Source of the DNA: a virus
DNA: 41,173 nt
Direction: 5' to 3' (one strand)
IMG/VR virus record: IMGVR_UViG_3300029743_000012
Span: 1 to 41,173 of that record
Shown here: positions 1 through 9,012 of the stretch, piece after piece
Numbering within the stretch: position 1 is the first letter of the stretch
How the letters are laid out: each line of letters starts with the position of its first letter
The notes under the pieces: model-generated
Databases searched by the model: none
Told to the model about the DNA's origin: nothing
What the model saw: only the letters and a program-made list of their open reading frames with translations
Translations under genes and position numbers: made by a program

Positions 1-72
1 GGAAACACTGGGGGAAACACTGGGGGAAACACTGGGGGAAACACTGGGGGAAACACTGGGGGAAACACTGGG
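1..72. repeat. Six tandem copies of the 12-bp unit GGAAACACTGGG. It is an iteron-like array and lies in frame inside the replication-initiator ORF.
   Basis: Perfect 12-mer periodicity read directly. The same unit ends the window at 41126..41173. Confidence 0.85.
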
Positions 73-396
73 GGAAATCACACCCCCGAAATAAGGGAAG
101 TAAGGGAAGTAAGGGAACATATCTCGGATAAATCCTCGATATGTGTGCCAAAGAGAAAAAATGCAACTCTCGTTCCTGATGACTGGCAGCCTGATGAAAA
201 GACAAGAAATAAACTTTTGAGCAATGGCCTTGATCCGGCCTTAGTTGCTGAGAAATTCAAAAATTCTTGTCATGCCAAGGGATTGAAGTACATCGATTTC
301 AACCGGGCTGTTTTGGCTTGGGATTGGAGCCGGGATCCTGCCGTAAAACGAAAATCTCCCCAAGATGACCCGTTCTATGTCGAATGGCCGGTATAG
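1..396 (+). CDS. Replication initiator protein, C-terminal part. This is the continuation of ORF 40772..41173 across the window boundary.
   Basis: Position 1 is in the same frame as listed ORF 145..396, with no stop from 1 to 396. The 3' repeat ORF ends on a complete codon at 41173. The gene leads directly into the DnaB helicase gene. This resembles the lambda-O arrangement, where iterons sit within the initiator gene. Confidence 0.5.
   Translation, partial: GNTGGNTGGNTGGNTGGNTGGNTGGNHTPEIREVREVREHISDKSSICVPKRKNATLVPDDWQPDEKTRNKLLSNGLDPALVAEKFKNSCHAKGLKYIDFNRAVLAWDWSRDPAVKRKSPQDDPFYVEWPV
93..119. repeat. Three copies of a 9-bp tandem repeat, TAAGGGAAG, immediately downstream of the iteron array
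   Basis: TAAGGGAAG TAAGGGAAG TAAGGGAAC read directly. It is in frame within the rep ORF and encodes (I)REVREVRE. Confidence 0.6.
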
Positions 397-405
397 GAGG
401 GGAGT

Positions 406-1698
406 ATGACTGAGGAGCAGTTGAGAACAGACCGGGAACGCGAGTTAATTTCCCGTTTGCTGAACAAACCAAAATTGCTGCCGCTTGTTTCAGATTCTGT
501 GAAACCGGAATATTTTGCGGATGATTTTTGCCGTAAAGTTTTCGCTGAAATGCTCAAACAAGGTAAATTCAGCAGGATTTCTTTGGAAAAAAACGGCTTT
601 GATCGTCGTTTGATGGTTTTGCTTGAGGGAGAAACGGTTACCTGTTGTACAACCCGGAGTCAGATTGAAGCGGCCGCGTGGATGGTTGTAGAGCACTACA
701 AACAGGCGGAATTGCGCCGTTCAATGGCGGAAATGCAAAGTGACGGTAATGTCGATTTGCAAAAATTGCAAAGCCGCATTGCCGAGCTTAATTTGCTGAA
801 TCCGGAAAAGGCAGAAACGGAAAATTCGGTTGAGGATGTATTTGTTAAGGCTGATCGTTTGTATCGCGGGGAAGCGGATCCGCGTAATCTGCCGACCGGG
901 TTTGCGTCTATCGACGGCCGGATTGAAGGCGTGCAAAACTCCGAGCTGGTAATTATCGGCGGGCGCCCGGGATCAGGAAAAACGACAATTGCCGTAAACA
1001 TTGCGGTAAATCAGGCAAAGCGGGGTAAAAAGATTTTGTTCTTTTCTCTGGAAATGGCAAAATCTGAACTGATCGAAAGGATAGTCATTTCGTTGACCGG
1101 CAACCGTGTTTCTCCGCGGATGTCTCCGGCAGAAATTAACCGCTGGTTGGAATGTGTCCGTTATGTCGAACGGTTGCCGTTGACTATTAACGACAAGGCC
1201 GGGATGACGGTTGAAGGAATTTATTCAGCAGCGCTCAAAAAAAAGGACAGAGAGGGGCTGGATGCCGTTTTTATCGATAATTTGAGCATTTTGAAATCGT
1301 CCAGAATTTTCAAAAACCGTTACGAAGAGGTAAGCGAGATCAGCCGTCAGTTGAAAGTGATGGCCAAAGATTTGGACGTGCCGGTTGTCTGCCTGAGCCA
1401 GCTGAACCGTGCCCTGGAAGCGCGTACCATGAAAGCGCCGACTTTGGCCGATTTACGGGACAGCGGAAGCATTGAGCAGGATGCGGACATGATCGCGTTT
1501 GTTTACCGGCCGGAATATCATCTGGCGCAAGCAGAGCCCGATGACAAAATGTCGGCAGAGTATTCCCGATGGCTTGGAACCATGGAGAAAATACGCGGTA
1601 AATGTGTTTTTATTGTAGCAAAAAATCGACGAGGAGAGTTGGCTAACATCGAACTGAAGTTTAACGGTTATCAATATAGATTTACGGAGGCGGCATGA
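406..1698 (+). CDS. dnaB: DnaB-family replicative DNA helicase
   Basis: Walker A motif IIGGRPGSGKTT. The SLEM motif is present (FFSLEMAKSEL), as is the CLSQLNR motif. A DnaB N-terminal domain precedes them. GGAGG RBS before ATG 406. Confidence 0.9.
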   Translation: MTEEQLRTDRERELISRLLNKPKLLPLVSDSVKPEYFADDFCRKVFAEMLKQGKFSRISLEKNGFDRRLMVLLEGETVTCCTTRSQIEAAAWMVVEHYKQAELRRSMAEMQSDGNVDLQKLQSRIAELNLLNPEKAETENSVEDVFVKADRLYRGEADPRNLPTGFASIDGRIEGVQNSELVIIGGRPGSGKTTIAVNIAVNQAKRGKKILFFSLEMAKSELIERIVISLTGNRVSPRMSPAEINRWLECVRYVERLPLTINDKAGMTVEGIYSAALKKKDREGLDAVFIDNLSILKSSRIFKNRYEEVSEISRQLKVMAKDLDVPVVCLSQLNRALEARTMKAPTLADLRDSGSIEQDADMIAFVYRPEYHLAQAEPDDKMSAEYSRWLGTMEKIRGKCVFIVAKNRRGELANIELKFNGYQYRFTEAA

Positions 1699-1794
1699 CA
1701 AAAACGGAAGAAGACAATTTCAAATCTCTTGGGGAAGTCTTGGGAAATGTTTTGGAGAAAATTAAACCGACAGGGCGAAGAAAGTAGGTGCGTG

Positions 1795-2151
1795 ATGAGC
1801 AAACAGGGGATTTTTGATAAGTTGCTTGCCCAAACGGAAATCTGTGCAGGTGTTGGCCGTAAAGACATTCTGGGTGAGAGCCGGCTGAAAAATATCGTTG
1901 CCGCCCGCAAGATATTCTGGGTGGCGCTAAGAATGGCGGGTTTTACACTCACCGCTATCGGCAACCGGGTCGGGCGGGAACATTCAACCGTTGCGAGGGA
2001 AACAAAATTTGCCCCCGCCAATTTGAAAGACAAGGCCGCCGCCTGTTGCCTGTTGTGCGGAGAGCGCCGGCAATATGAGTTTCACAAACAAATTATCCGG
2101 AGGGTTCCGGATTACAAAAACAACTGCACAAAGTGGGTGGAGGGGGCTTAA
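1795..2151 (+). CDS. DnaA C-terminal (domain IV)-like helix-turn-helix DNA-binding protein
   Basis: DILGESRLKNIVAARKIFWVALRMAGFTLTAIGNRVGREHSTV aligns with the DnaA domain IV pattern (SRSVARPRQMAMALAKELT..IG..FGGRDHTTV). The start is uncertain: TTG at 1729, ATG at 1747 or ATG at 1795. AGGTG lies 4 nt before 1795. Confidence 0.55.
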   Translation: MSKQGIFDKLLAQTEICAGVGRKDILGESRLKNIVAARKIFWVALRMAGFTLTAIGNRVGREHSTVARETKFAPANLKDKAAACCLLCGERRQYEFHKQIIRRVPDYKNNCTKWVEGA

Positions 2152-2154
2152 ACA

Positions 2155-2646
2155 ATGACGGATGAGGCAAAAACGGAACTGGCAAAATGCCGCCGCAAAG
2201 GCTGGCTTGATTTTGGCGACAAGACATACAGCGCCGATGACAGAATGCACGCCGGGGAAAAGCTGGCGGCAGATTTTTTCGAGGCCGGTTTTGCTTTAAC
2301 CCTGGCGCTGGACTACGCCAAGCCGAGGGTAGACAACAGCCGCCGCTCTGATTTGCCAGAACGGGTTTATGATGCTCAGAACAGATATCTGCGGGCAATG
2401 GCTTGTCTGACATCCGGACAGGCTTTCACCGTCCGTACTATTTGCTGTATGGACAAGGCGGTGAAAATTCCTTTCATCCACAAGGCACAGTACGTTCATG
2501 AACTCGAGCTGATGAAGCACGAGCTGTGCGGGGGGCTGGACAGGCTGTGCGCGCACTACTGGGGCAAGCCGTCGGCATCGGACCGGCGGAAGATAGCCGG
2601 TTTTTCTACCGTAAACTTCTGGGACGGGTTCGATGATTGTTATTAA
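2155..2646 (+). CDS. Hypothetical protein
   Basis: 163-aa ORF that follows the preceding gene in operon-like fashion. I recognised no motif. Confidence 0.45.
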   Translation: MTDEAKTELAKCRRKGWLDFGDKTYSADDRMHAGEKLAADFFEAGFALTLALDYAKPRVDNSRRSDLPERVYDAQNRYLRAMACLTSGQAFTVRTICCMDKAVKIPFIHKAQYVHELELMKHELCGGLDRLCAHYWGKPSASDRRKIAGFSTVNFWDGFDDCY

Positions 2647-2662
2647 AAATCAAGCCCACCGG

Positions 2663-3184
2663 TCAATCCGGCAGGCTTCTGTTGTACTCGTAAAACAAAA
2701 CGGCGGCTTTCTTCAGCGCTTCTTTCAGCTGCTCTTTTGTCGCCGGATCTATCGTTTGTATGATGTTAACATATTCCGGCGTTTCCTCCCCGGCTATGGC
2801 GTCGAGAGAATACGACATAAAAGGAAATTCTCTATTCCCGACGACGGCGATAAATCGGGGATAATGAAGACGGATAATATATTCCCCTCCCGCTCCGAAT
2901 TCGTCGCCAAAAACATATTCCGGGATGAATTTATAAAACCCCGGGTCATCCATGCTTACCCCCTGCGAAATGTACTGCATCACTTTTTGCGCGACGCCTG
3001 AAGGGGTGCTGTCCCCGGCTTCCCACATTCTCACGGTGCGCCCGTGGTTGTCGTTTTCCGTATTGAGCCCGACGACAGCGCCAAAGCCCCGGGCGGAAAG
3101 CCCGAGTTCTTTGCGCAGTTTTTTGACGTTTTCCGGCTTTGAAAAGTCAAAGCTTTTTTCATCCTCTTCCATCATATTCACCAT
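2663..3184 (-). CDS. XRE-family HTH DNA-binding protein (candidate repressor or antitoxin) with a C-terminal domain of unknown function
   Basis: N-terminal KLRKELGLSARGFGAVVGLN..RTVRMWEAG is a typical XRE helix-turn-helix. The gene is transcribed leftward from the 3442..3640 regulatory region. Confidence 0.6.
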   Translation of the reverse strand: MVNMMEEDEKSFDFSKPENVKKLRKELGLSARGFGAVVGLNTENDNHGRTVRMWEAGDSTPSGVAQKVMQYISQGVSMDDPGFYKFIPEYVFGDEFGAGGEYIIRLHYPRFIAVVGNREFPFMSYSLDAIAGEETPEYVNIIQTIDPATKEQLKEALKKAAVLFYEYNRSLPD

Positions 3185-3441
3185 TAAAATTTTGCCAAAA
3201 ATTCTTCAACAGTCATTTCGCCGTATTTTTCAACAAATGCGGTAACGGTTGCGTTGCGTTCGTCGAGCGCTTTTTTTGCGCGAGCGGTGTCAACCGCTTC
3301 ACCCATGCCGGCATAGTGCAGGCAGGCGGTGGCGTCGCGGTACTTTTGCGCGTCTGCTCCGGCCAGCTGGCGGATAAGGCCGCAGCCGTTTCCGGTAGTG
3401 GGAAGGTTTTTGATTAAAGTTTTCAGCGTTGATTTTTTCAT
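3184..3441 (-). CDS. Hypothetical protein, upstream partner of the HTH gene
   Basis: 85-aa ORF with an AAGGAG RBS. Its stop overlaps the HTH start (ATGA). Confidence 0.5.
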   Translation of the reverse strand: MKKSTLKTLIKNLPTTGNGCGLIRQLAGADAQKYRDATACLHYAGMGEAVDTARAKKALDERNATVTAFVEKYGEMTVEEFLAKF

Positions 3442-3494
3442 TTTCTTTCTCCTTAAATGGCGGGGCGCTGCCCCTGTGGTTTGTTTATACCTGT

Positions 3495-3523
3495 AGTGTA
3501 GGTAATTATTTCCTACCCGTCAA
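3495..3523 (-). promoter_or_regulatory. Leftward sigma70-like promoter. On the minus strand it reads TTGACG, a 16-nt spacer, then TACACT. It overlaps the palindrome GTAGGTAATTATTTCCTAC.
   Basis: Read directly. The 19-bp inverted repeat at 3498..3516 sits between the -35 and -10 elements, as expected for an operator. Confidence 0.4.
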
Positions 3524-3596
3524 CACTTTTTTCAAAAAATATCATTTTTTATAAAATTATGCAAAAACAATGGGTTATATAATGTAAAAAAAGTAC

Positions 3597-3637
3597 TTGA
3601 CAACTTTTCGAAAAGTTGGTACAAATATTGTCATACT
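3597..3637 (+). promoter_or_regulatory. Rightward promoter. TTGACA is followed by the perfect 18-bp palindrome CAACTTTTCGAAAAGTTG and a TACAAA/CATACT -10 candidate.
   Basis: TTGACA at 3597..3602 and the palindrome at 3601..3618, read directly. Confidence 0.45.
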
Positions 3638-3699
3638 GGATAATAGGCTCTAAAAAAGACTAACACCAGTTAAAAGCCGGATAGCGTGAACTGCTTTCC

Positions 3700-3905
3700 G
3701 GTTTTTTTATGACCAAAACCAACCCCTGGTTATGGTCGCCGCAACTTTCTCCGGAGTCGCGGCTCTTCTTTTTTCTGCCGGTTTTTTCATTTTCCGGCAG
3801 TTTGCCCGCCTGGCCGCCTTTATACCTCCTTCAGCGGCGGCGGGCTCCTCCCGCTGCTTTTATGGCAGCGCCCCGAGGCATGGGCTGTTATAAAAACGCT
3901 CCTAT
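3700..3905. other. Structured, GC-rich non-coding region upstream of the terminase genes. Candidate cos/pac site.
   Basis: Several perfect hairpins: CTGCCGG-n12-CCGGCAG and GCTGC-n7-GCAGC. T-runs are present. The listed ORF 3709..3912 has no RBS and a low-complexity translation. The position is immediately 5' of terS. Confidence 0.3.
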
Positions 3906-4328
3906 TTGTTGATTACGCAAAAGCTCATCGCCCTGGGTTTTTATAAAGCACGAGATATGTACGACAATTTGATTAAAAATAACCGTTTAACGCCGGATGA
4001 ACGCCGGAAAAATGCGCGAAAAGCGGGAAAAGCAAGTGGCAAAGCCCGTCGCGAAAGAAAGGAACTTAAAAAAGAGCTCCTTTTGCTCTTGAAAAGCGGT
4101 GATATTCAGGAAAAAATCTGCACCGCGCTTATAGAAAAAGCGCAAAGCGGCGATGTTAAGGCTTTTGAAGTCATCCGGGACACAATCGGGGAAAAGCCGG
4201 TTGATAAGCTGGCGCACACAGACAGCGAAGGTAAAGACATAGCCCCCGCCGTCGTATCAAACTCCGAGCTGTTGGCTATTATGGAGAGACGAATTGAACG
4301 AATCGATGCGCCAAAATCTTCAGACTGA
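3906..4328 (+). CDS. Terminase small subunit (putative)
   Basis: Basic, Lys/Arg-rich region (RRKNARKAGKASGKARRERKE) directly upstream of, and overlapping, the large terminase gene. The start is uncertain: TTG at 3906 or ATG at 3957. Confidence 0.5.
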   Translation: MLITQKLIALGFYKARDMYDNLIKNNRLTPDERRKNARKAGKASGKARRERKELKKELLLLLKSGDIQEKICTALIEKAQSGDVKAFEVIRDTIGEKPVDKLAHTDSEGKDIAPAVVSNSELLAIMERRIERIDAPKSSD

Positions 4329-5715
4329 TTTTTATCTGTTTTATCTTTACATTAACGAAGATTTGCGCGGCGCCGACGGTTTCCGCACCGGTAAATGGGA
4401 AGAAGAGCTGTGCGACTTCTTTCAATACCGACTGTATTATAAATTTCTAAAAGGTGAGCGTCCTATTGCCACCTGCGAAGAGCCGGTACAGCATGGCAAA
4501 AGCACAAAGCTGCGTATATTCACCGCGTGGCTGATAGGGCGGCACGGTGATTTGAAGTTTAACTTCTACACAAGCTCTGACGACCTGCGCGACAAAACGC
4601 AGGCGGAGGTTTTGAACATTTTGCAGGGGGCACGTTATAAGTCGGTATTTGGCAACGTGATAAAGAAAGCCAATGCCTCAACCGTCTGGTTTAAGAAAGG
4701 CGGACAGATCGATTACAGGCTTATGGGTGAGGGAAATACCGGTTATCCGTCCCACATCTCAATTATTGACGATCCGTACAGAAACGCTGAGGATGCTCTG
4801 TCGCCCACTATCCGCGCCAAGGTAGAGAACCGGTTCCGCGGCGATATTATGAGCCGCCGGCAAAACAACACGATGGTTCTGGTGCTGCATTCCCGCTGGC
4901 ATACTCAGGATCTGATCGGAATGCTTAAAACAGATCCTTATTTTAAGGATAAAATCATATCAAGCCGACATCCGGCGATAGATAAAAATGGCAACGCTCT
5001 TTTCCCGGAGTTCCGCAGCATTGATTTTTTGCGGGAACAGGAGAAAGCGCTCGGGTCTGCAAATTTTGCGGCGTTATATCAGCAGGAGCCGATTATTGAA
5101 GGCGGCAATCTGATAAAGACAAGCCAGATGCAGCGCTATGATATATGTCCGGCGCAGTTTGACAGCCTGTTTATCGTTGCCGATACGGCTTTTTCGGAAA
5201 AAAAATCCGCTGACAATTCGGCGTTCGGACTTTTCGGAACAAAAGGCAAAGACCTTTATATGTTGGACGGCTACTCGAAAAAAGTCATCTTCCCGGATTT
5301 AAGGCGGGATTTGAAGAGCTTTTTTGAGAAAGCCAAAACATATGCGAGCAGTCCGTTTTCCGCAATTTACATTGAAAACAAAGGTTCCGGCATATCTCTG
5401 ATCCAGCAGTTGCGAGAAGAAGGCCTGCCGATAAGAGAGCTGCAGCCGACTGTTCACAATGCGGAACTGAAGAAAGACCAGGTTGCCGATAAGTATTTGA
5501 GATTTAACGAGGTGGCCGCCGATTTGGAAAGCGGCTATTTTCATATCCCGGCATCCGCACCGTGGCTGCTTGAGTTCTTGAGCGAGTGTGAGGCTTTTAC
5601 CGGGGGCAAACAGGACGCGCACGACGACTATTGCGATGTTCTGATCTATGCTTTGAAAATCAGGCGCAAAGCTCAAACTCCTGACTGGGGCGAGCTGATG
5701 CGCATAATGGGGTAG
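4294..5715 (+). CDS. Terminase large subunit
   Basis: ATPase-like N-terminus (EEPVQHGKSTKL). C-terminal nuclease-like acidic motifs are present (LFIVADTAFSEKKSADNSAFGL and DAHDDYCDVLIYAL). TTG start with a GGAGAG RBS. Confidence 0.8.
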   Translation: MNESMRQNLQTDFYLFYLYINEDLRGADGFRTGKWEEELCDFFQYRLYYKFLKGERPIATCEEPVQHGKSTKLRIFTAWLIGRHGDLKFNFYTSSDDLRDKTQAEVLNILQGARYKSVFGNVIKKANASTVWFKKGGQIDYRLMGEGNTGYPSHISIIDDPYRNAEDALSPTIRAKVENRFRGDIMSRRQNNTMVLVLHSRWHTQDLIGMLKTDPYFKDKIISSRHPAIDKNGNALFPEFRSIDFLREQEKALGSANFAALYQQEPIIEGGNLIKTSQMQRYDICPAQFDSLFIVADTAFSEKKSADNSAFGLFGTKGKDLYMLDGYSKKVIFPDLRRDLKSFFEKAKTYASSPFSAIYIENKGSGISLIQQLREEGLPIRELQPTVHNAELKKDQVADKYLRFNEVAADLESGYFHIPASAPWLLEFLSECEAFTGGKQDAHDDYCDVLIYALKIRRKAQTPDWGELMRIMG

Positions 5716-5719
5716 ATTT

Positions 5720-8116
5720 ATGTTTCGTTTTTTCAAAAGAAAACAGGAAAAAAAAGCGGCCGACAATTTCGCTCTTCTTGCCAATATGTTAAAAGAAGAA
5801 CAGGCGGCATCCATATCCGAGCCGTGGACATTGGCAAAAGCACGCCTTGAGGGCGGCGCGAAAGACGCCGGAGCCGGTAAAGGGCTGAGGATGTATAATG
5901 CCCACTTGTCCCGGCTGCAAAATCAATGGATCAACCCCTTGCAGTCGGTCAATTCCGGTTACGGCACCGCGCACGCATCATTGTTTTTGTATCAGCCGGT
6001 TAACTATTATGAGTGCTACTCACTGGCGCAAGATCCGTTGTTTGCCAAGGTTTTTAACGTTTTGAGCGAAACTCCGTTTGCCAAAGGCGGGGAGTTGTCG
6101 AATCTGTCGGCAGAGGAAAAAGACAGAGCAGAAGAAGCGGCTTCCCGTTTTGACCTGTGGCAGCATCTTCGCGCCGCTGTCCGGTCAAATTATGTAACCG
6201 GCGGTTGCCTGCTTTATATGGACTTCGGGCTTTCGGGGCGGGAATTGGAAGAACCGCTTGACTTAAACCGGATGGATATGAAGCGTTTCCGCGGTTTTCG
6301 CCACATAGACCCGATCAACTGCGTTGCCGTGCAGGTTAACACGGTTAATCCGGCGGCCGGAGACTATATGCAGCCTTCAATTTGGTACGTCATCGGTCTG
6401 GGGGCGGTTCATAGAAGCCATTTTCTTAAGTTTGAAGCGAACATCCCGGAATTGCCGATGCGTCCGCTGACGTTGTATTTCGGTATGCCGTTGACGCAGC
6501 TCATCAAGCAGGATGTCGCCAACTCAAATTTGGCAAGTCAGGGTCTGGCAAACCTGATGAACCGTTTTCGCTTTACCTACCTGAAGGCGGATGAGAGTTC
6601 TTTTACGACCGAAAACGCCAAATGCTTTAAGGACAGGCTGAATTTTATGTCGTTTGTGCAGGACAACTTCGGTGTTTGTCCGATCAAGACGACGGAAGAC
6701 GTTATGCAGCTGACAACCAGCCTTGCCGGTATGGCGGAAAACGTCGAAGAATTCTATTTGCTGATTTCCGCCAAAACGGATATTCCTTATACGGAGCTGA
6801 TGGGCAAATCGGCCGAAGGTATGAACGCTACCGGTTCGGGCGACCGCCGCAAATGGTATGACAAATGCCGCAGCATTCAGGAATCAGTAAAAAATAATCT
6901 GCTGTTTATGTATGGCATTGTTGCCGGGGTTGACAGCGGGAAGTTTGTCAAATTTACGGACTTCACCTTTAACCCGTTGGAAGAGGCAACGGAAAAAGAG
7001 CTTGCGGAAAATATCAAGTCGTATGCCGAGGTAGCGAGTGCGCTTGTCAACCTTGGAGCAAAGCAGGATGAAGTCTTTGAGTGGTTAAAACAGTTTAAGC
7101 AGTTTAACCTTGACGGTTTGTCGTTTGATACCGAAACGGAAGGTCTCGGCGGCTATGAGGACATCACGCCGCAGGTTATGTCAGAGTTTCAGGCAATGAA
7201 CTGGGTTGACAATCCGAAGTCGTGGATAACGATGAAGTCGCAGCCGGTTCCGTTGGCAGAAGGCGACACCCCCCGTGATGCGGCAAAACGGTTTTTGGAA
7301 GAAAAGGGGCGTACGTTCAAAGAGCGTGACGGTGGAGAAAAGACTGAGGAACCAAGAGAGGAAAAAATCCCCGATATTTCTCAGTACTCTAAAAAGGATT
7401 TGCAAAGATTAAAAGACAGAAACTTTGAATTATACCAAAAAGTTGTGGAAAAAGCGGCGAGGGATTCTCGCGAAGGGGACGAACGTTTTGCAAAAGGCGG
7501 TTTTGAACTTGTTAAAGAAACGACAAAAGCTTACCAGCTCCAAAAGTCCGGGAAAACGTTTTGGATTCAAAAACGTTGGCTCAAAGAAGACGGAAGCCTG
7601 ACCCCTGCGGGCCAACAGGCTTTTGAGGAGGCAAAAACCGACGAAGAGAAAAAGCAGGCCAAAGAAGAATATATCAAGCGGAGAAAAGAGGGCGTCAAGC
7701 GTCCGGCAAAAGCGGATTGGGAATCCGACAAAGCTTATGGCTATGATATAAATCTTGATTTTTACGACATCGAGAAGGACATAAGGCACCGGATTTTCAT
7801 TCCCAAGTCCGTTATCCAGCCGAACGGAAATATTCCGACGTGGCTTATGGAGAAGAAACTTGAGGAAATAGAAGAGAAATATCCGCATTCAAAATACGGG
7901 GGCTTCTCAATAGACCGGCATCCGTTTGAGGATTATTCTTTTGGCTTTAAGGATTGGAGCCGGCTCGGGCCGAGTGAAGATAGTGAAGAGCCGCCATCAG
8001 ATAATAAAGCGCAAAATTCCGCGTCAATGGTTGTTTATTCCGTCCAAAATAACATCCTTTGTAAATCCTGTGACAACGGGGAAACGTGGGAAAATTGTGA
8101 GGAGTCCGGTTTATGA
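5720..8116 (+). CDS. Portal protein carrying a ~300-aa C-terminal extension of unknown function
   Basis: It sits directly after terL, is 798 aa long, and has a portal-like core. The extension is highly charged (KE-rich) followed by a Cys-containing tail. Confidence 0.6.
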   Translation: MFRFFKRKQEKKAADNFALLANMLKEEQAASISEPWTLAKARLEGGAKDAGAGKGLRMYNAHLSRLQNQWINPLQSVNSGYGTAHASLFLYQPVNYYECYSLAQDPLFAKVFNVLSETPFAKGGELSNLSAEEKDRAEEAASRFDLWQHLRAAVRSNYVTGGCLLYMDFGLSGRELEEPLDLNRMDMKRFRGFRHIDPINCVAVQVNTVNPAAGDYMQPSIWYVIGLGAVHRSHFLKFEANIPELPMRPLTLYFGMPLTQLIKQDVANSNLASQGLANLMNRFRFTYLKADESSFTTENAKCFKDRLNFMSFVQDNFGVCPIKTTEDVMQLTTSLAGMAENVEEFYLLISAKTDIPYTELMGKSAEGMNATGSGDRRKWYDKCRSIQESVKNNLLFMYGIVAGVDSGKFVKFTDFTFNPLEEATEKELAENIKSYAEVASALVNLGAKQDEVFEWLKQFKQFNLDGLSFDTETEGLGGYEDITPQVMSEFQAMNWVDNPKSWITMKSQPVPLAEGDTPRDAAKRFLEEKGRTFKERDGGEKTEEPREEKIPDISQYSKKDLQRLKDRNFELYQKVVEKAARDSREGDERFAKGGFELVKETTKAYQLQKSGKTFWIQKRWLKEDGSLTPAGQQAFEEAKTDEEKKQAKEEYIKRRKEGVKRPAKADWESDKAYGYDINLDFYDIEKDIRHRIFIPKSVIQPNGNIPTWLMEKKLEEIEEKYPHSKYGGFSIDRHPFEDYSFGFKDWSRLGPSEDSEEPPSDNKAQNSASMVVYSVQNNILCKSCDNGETWENCEESGL

Positions 8117-9012
8117 ATAAACAGAACGCGCGGGCAAGAGCGGCGGGCGGGTTCAAAGTGATGGATGACATTGCCAAAAACAAGCACGCCGATTTTTACT
8201 ATCGCAAAGCGATTGAGGCGGAGACGGAAAAAATGCTCTCCGCCTTATTTGCGAGCCTGGAAGACGTCTACACCACCGTTCGTATGGAAAATGCCGCTCC
8301 TCAGGGGAAAAAGCCGACTGTGCGCAATGTGGAAAAGCTGATTGCTTGGTATAAAGGGGAATATCTCGGGCGTTTTTTGCGCAATGCCGAGAAGATTGTA
8401 CAAAAATTTGTACGTCTTGTTAAGCGCGGTGCAAAATCTTCCCTTGCGCGGGTTATGCGCGAGATGTACGGCGACAGTTTTACCCTTAATTTTGACAGCA
8501 AAGAGGTTGAAGAAACCATTCGGCTGATTATCCGCCGCAATATCGGGTTAATCCAGAACACGACGCTTCAGACCTTAAACAATGTTGAAAATATCGTATA
8601 TGACGGGATGACAACGGGGCAGCGCTGGGAAACGGTTGCCAAAGACCTTAAAACTCAGACCCACATTGCCAAAGACCGGATAAAGAGGATTGCCCGCGAC
8701 CAGACGGCAAAAGCGAATGCGGCGTTTAACGAGCAAGCGCAGGCTGCTGCGGGAGTAAAGTTCTTTATGTGGTCAACCGCGCATGACGAACGTGTATCAA
8801 CCGGCAAAGGCGGGCACAAACAGCTTGACGGCAAGATTTACAAATGGGGCGATTCCGAGCATTATCCGGTGATTGATGCCTACGGGCACCGTGGTCTTCC
8901 GGCAGAACGGCCGAACTGCCGCTGTATTGCGCGTTCAATTCTTGTTGCACCCGATTATGAGGCTAAGAGACTTTCTGACGGCTCATATGAAATAATCAAA
9001 GGCAGAATTTAA
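8113..9012 (+). CDS. Head morphogenesis protein, Mu F / SPP1 gp7 family
   Basis: Conserved C-terminal region FMWSTAHDERVS...GHRGLPAERPNCRCIA, with the characteristic CRC motif. The position after portal fits this family. Confidence 0.75.
   Translation: MNKQNARARAAGGFKVMDDIAKNKHADFYYRKAIEAETEKMLSALFASLEDVYTTVRMENAAPQGKKPTVRNVEKLIAWYKGEYLGRFLRNAEKIVQKFVRLVKRGAKSSLARVMREMYGDSFTLNFDSKEVEETIRLIIRRNIGLIQNTTLQTLNNVENIVYDGMTTGQRWETVAKDLKTQTHIAKDRIKRIARDQTAKANAAFNEQAQAAAGVKFFMWSTAHDERVSTGKGGHKQLDGKIYKWGDSEHYPVIDAYGHRGLPAERPNCRCIARSILVAPDYEAKRLSDGSYEIIKGRI

Noticed and set aside
1-72. Could the short tandem repeats be a CRISPR array?
   Set aside because: The units are 12 bp and directly abutting, with no spacers. 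They are in frame inside a coding sequence, and no cas genes are present.
3709-3912. 67-aa ORF (MTKTNPWLWSPQLSPESRLFFFLPVFSF...)
   Set aside because: It has no RBS, is low-complexity, and lies in the hairpin-rich cos-like region. It is most likely non-coding.
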